Under the pieces are notes generated by a model. It was not told the DNA's origin, did no database searches, and worked only from the letters and a program-made list of their open reading frames with translations. 25,419 nucleotides of DNA from a virus (taxonomy: Duplodnaviria; Caudoviricetes), in the IMG/VR virus record IMGVR_UViG_3300035531_000116, positions 1-25,419 of that record; one strand, 5' to 3'. Position numbers and translations under genes: made by a program. Below, one piece after another: positions 25,120 to 25,419 of this stretch. Each line of letters starts with the position of its first letter. Position 1 is the stretch's first letter.

Positions 25120-25253
25120 AAATTGACCCGAGCCCCAAGCCGACACCTGCCGGGCGGGCTATCCATTGAGGGGCAAAACCGAAGCGTTTGCACAATTCCG
25201 GACTGTCAATGTCCAGGGCTACCGGGTTCCGATGCTTGGGCTTTGGTCAATTT
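25120..25253 (-). ncRNA. Candidate structured small RNA
   Basis: Complementary ends (TTGACCAAAGCCCAAGC ... GCTTGGGGCTCGGGTCAA), two internal hairpins including a C(UUCG)G loop, a promoter-like sequence upstream and a terminator downstream. Confidence 0.5.
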
Positions 25254-25256
25254 TCT

Positions 25257-25284
25257 ATATTATTAAGTTTATTCTTAACTTCAA
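25257..25284 (-). promoter_or_regulatory. Candidate sigma70-type promoter with palindromic spacer
   Basis: TTGAAG-N16-TAATAT; the spacer is TTAAG-N6-CTTAA. The region is AT-rich, so a chance match is possible. Confidence 0.4.
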
Positions 25285-25419
25285 AAAATAATTTCGTTTC
25301 AGTTTTTATTCATCTTGACAAATTTCAAGCTGATACGGCTTATCAGGCCAGATCAAATTAATTGTTTTTCGGCCAATGTTTGCAGATGCTCCCATGACGA
25401 ACGATAGTGCCAAGACGTA

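Noticed and set aside
25165-25235. c-di-GMP-I riboswitch (GGCAAA...CCGG on the plus strand)
   Set aside because: Lacks the GAAA-tetraloop P2 and GCAAA junction arrangement; G.U pairs and the UUCG loop favour the minus strand.
2951-25419. Second DGR target (additional VR) in the window
   Set aside because: No further copy of the TR sequence was noticed by eye at other gene ends. A computational search of the whole genome is still needed for remote targets.

Overview
The window is the late (lysis, head, tail) region of a Mu-like transposable prophage with a contractile tail. Every credible gene lies on the minus strand. In transcription order: M15A endolysin, 3TM holin, TraR-type zinc finger, gp25/gp26-like genes, small and large terminase, portal, MuF, protease/scaffold, capsid, neck, sheath, tube, chaperone, tape measure and baseplate. 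Where phage Mu has full tail fibres and the Gin-invertible G segment, this phage has an 80-aa fibre-anchor stub, a 117-aa unknown gene and a complete diversity-generating retroelement (DGR). The DGR comprises an Mtd-like CLec target with variable repeat (VR 1904-2033), avd, template repeat (TR 1380-1509), a structured spacer and a reverse transcriptase. My manual TR/VR alignment gives 14 mismatches in 130 bp, all at TR adenines. Secondary observations: an SGNH esterase inserted in the tail operon, an extra gene between sheath and tube, a shortened baseplate-J protein, a candidate +1 frameshift in the tail chaperone, a MuF C-terminal extension, and a candidate structured small RNA with its own promoter and terminator upstream of the lysis genes. 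Product names come from motif recognition and Mu-like gene order; no database searches were run.
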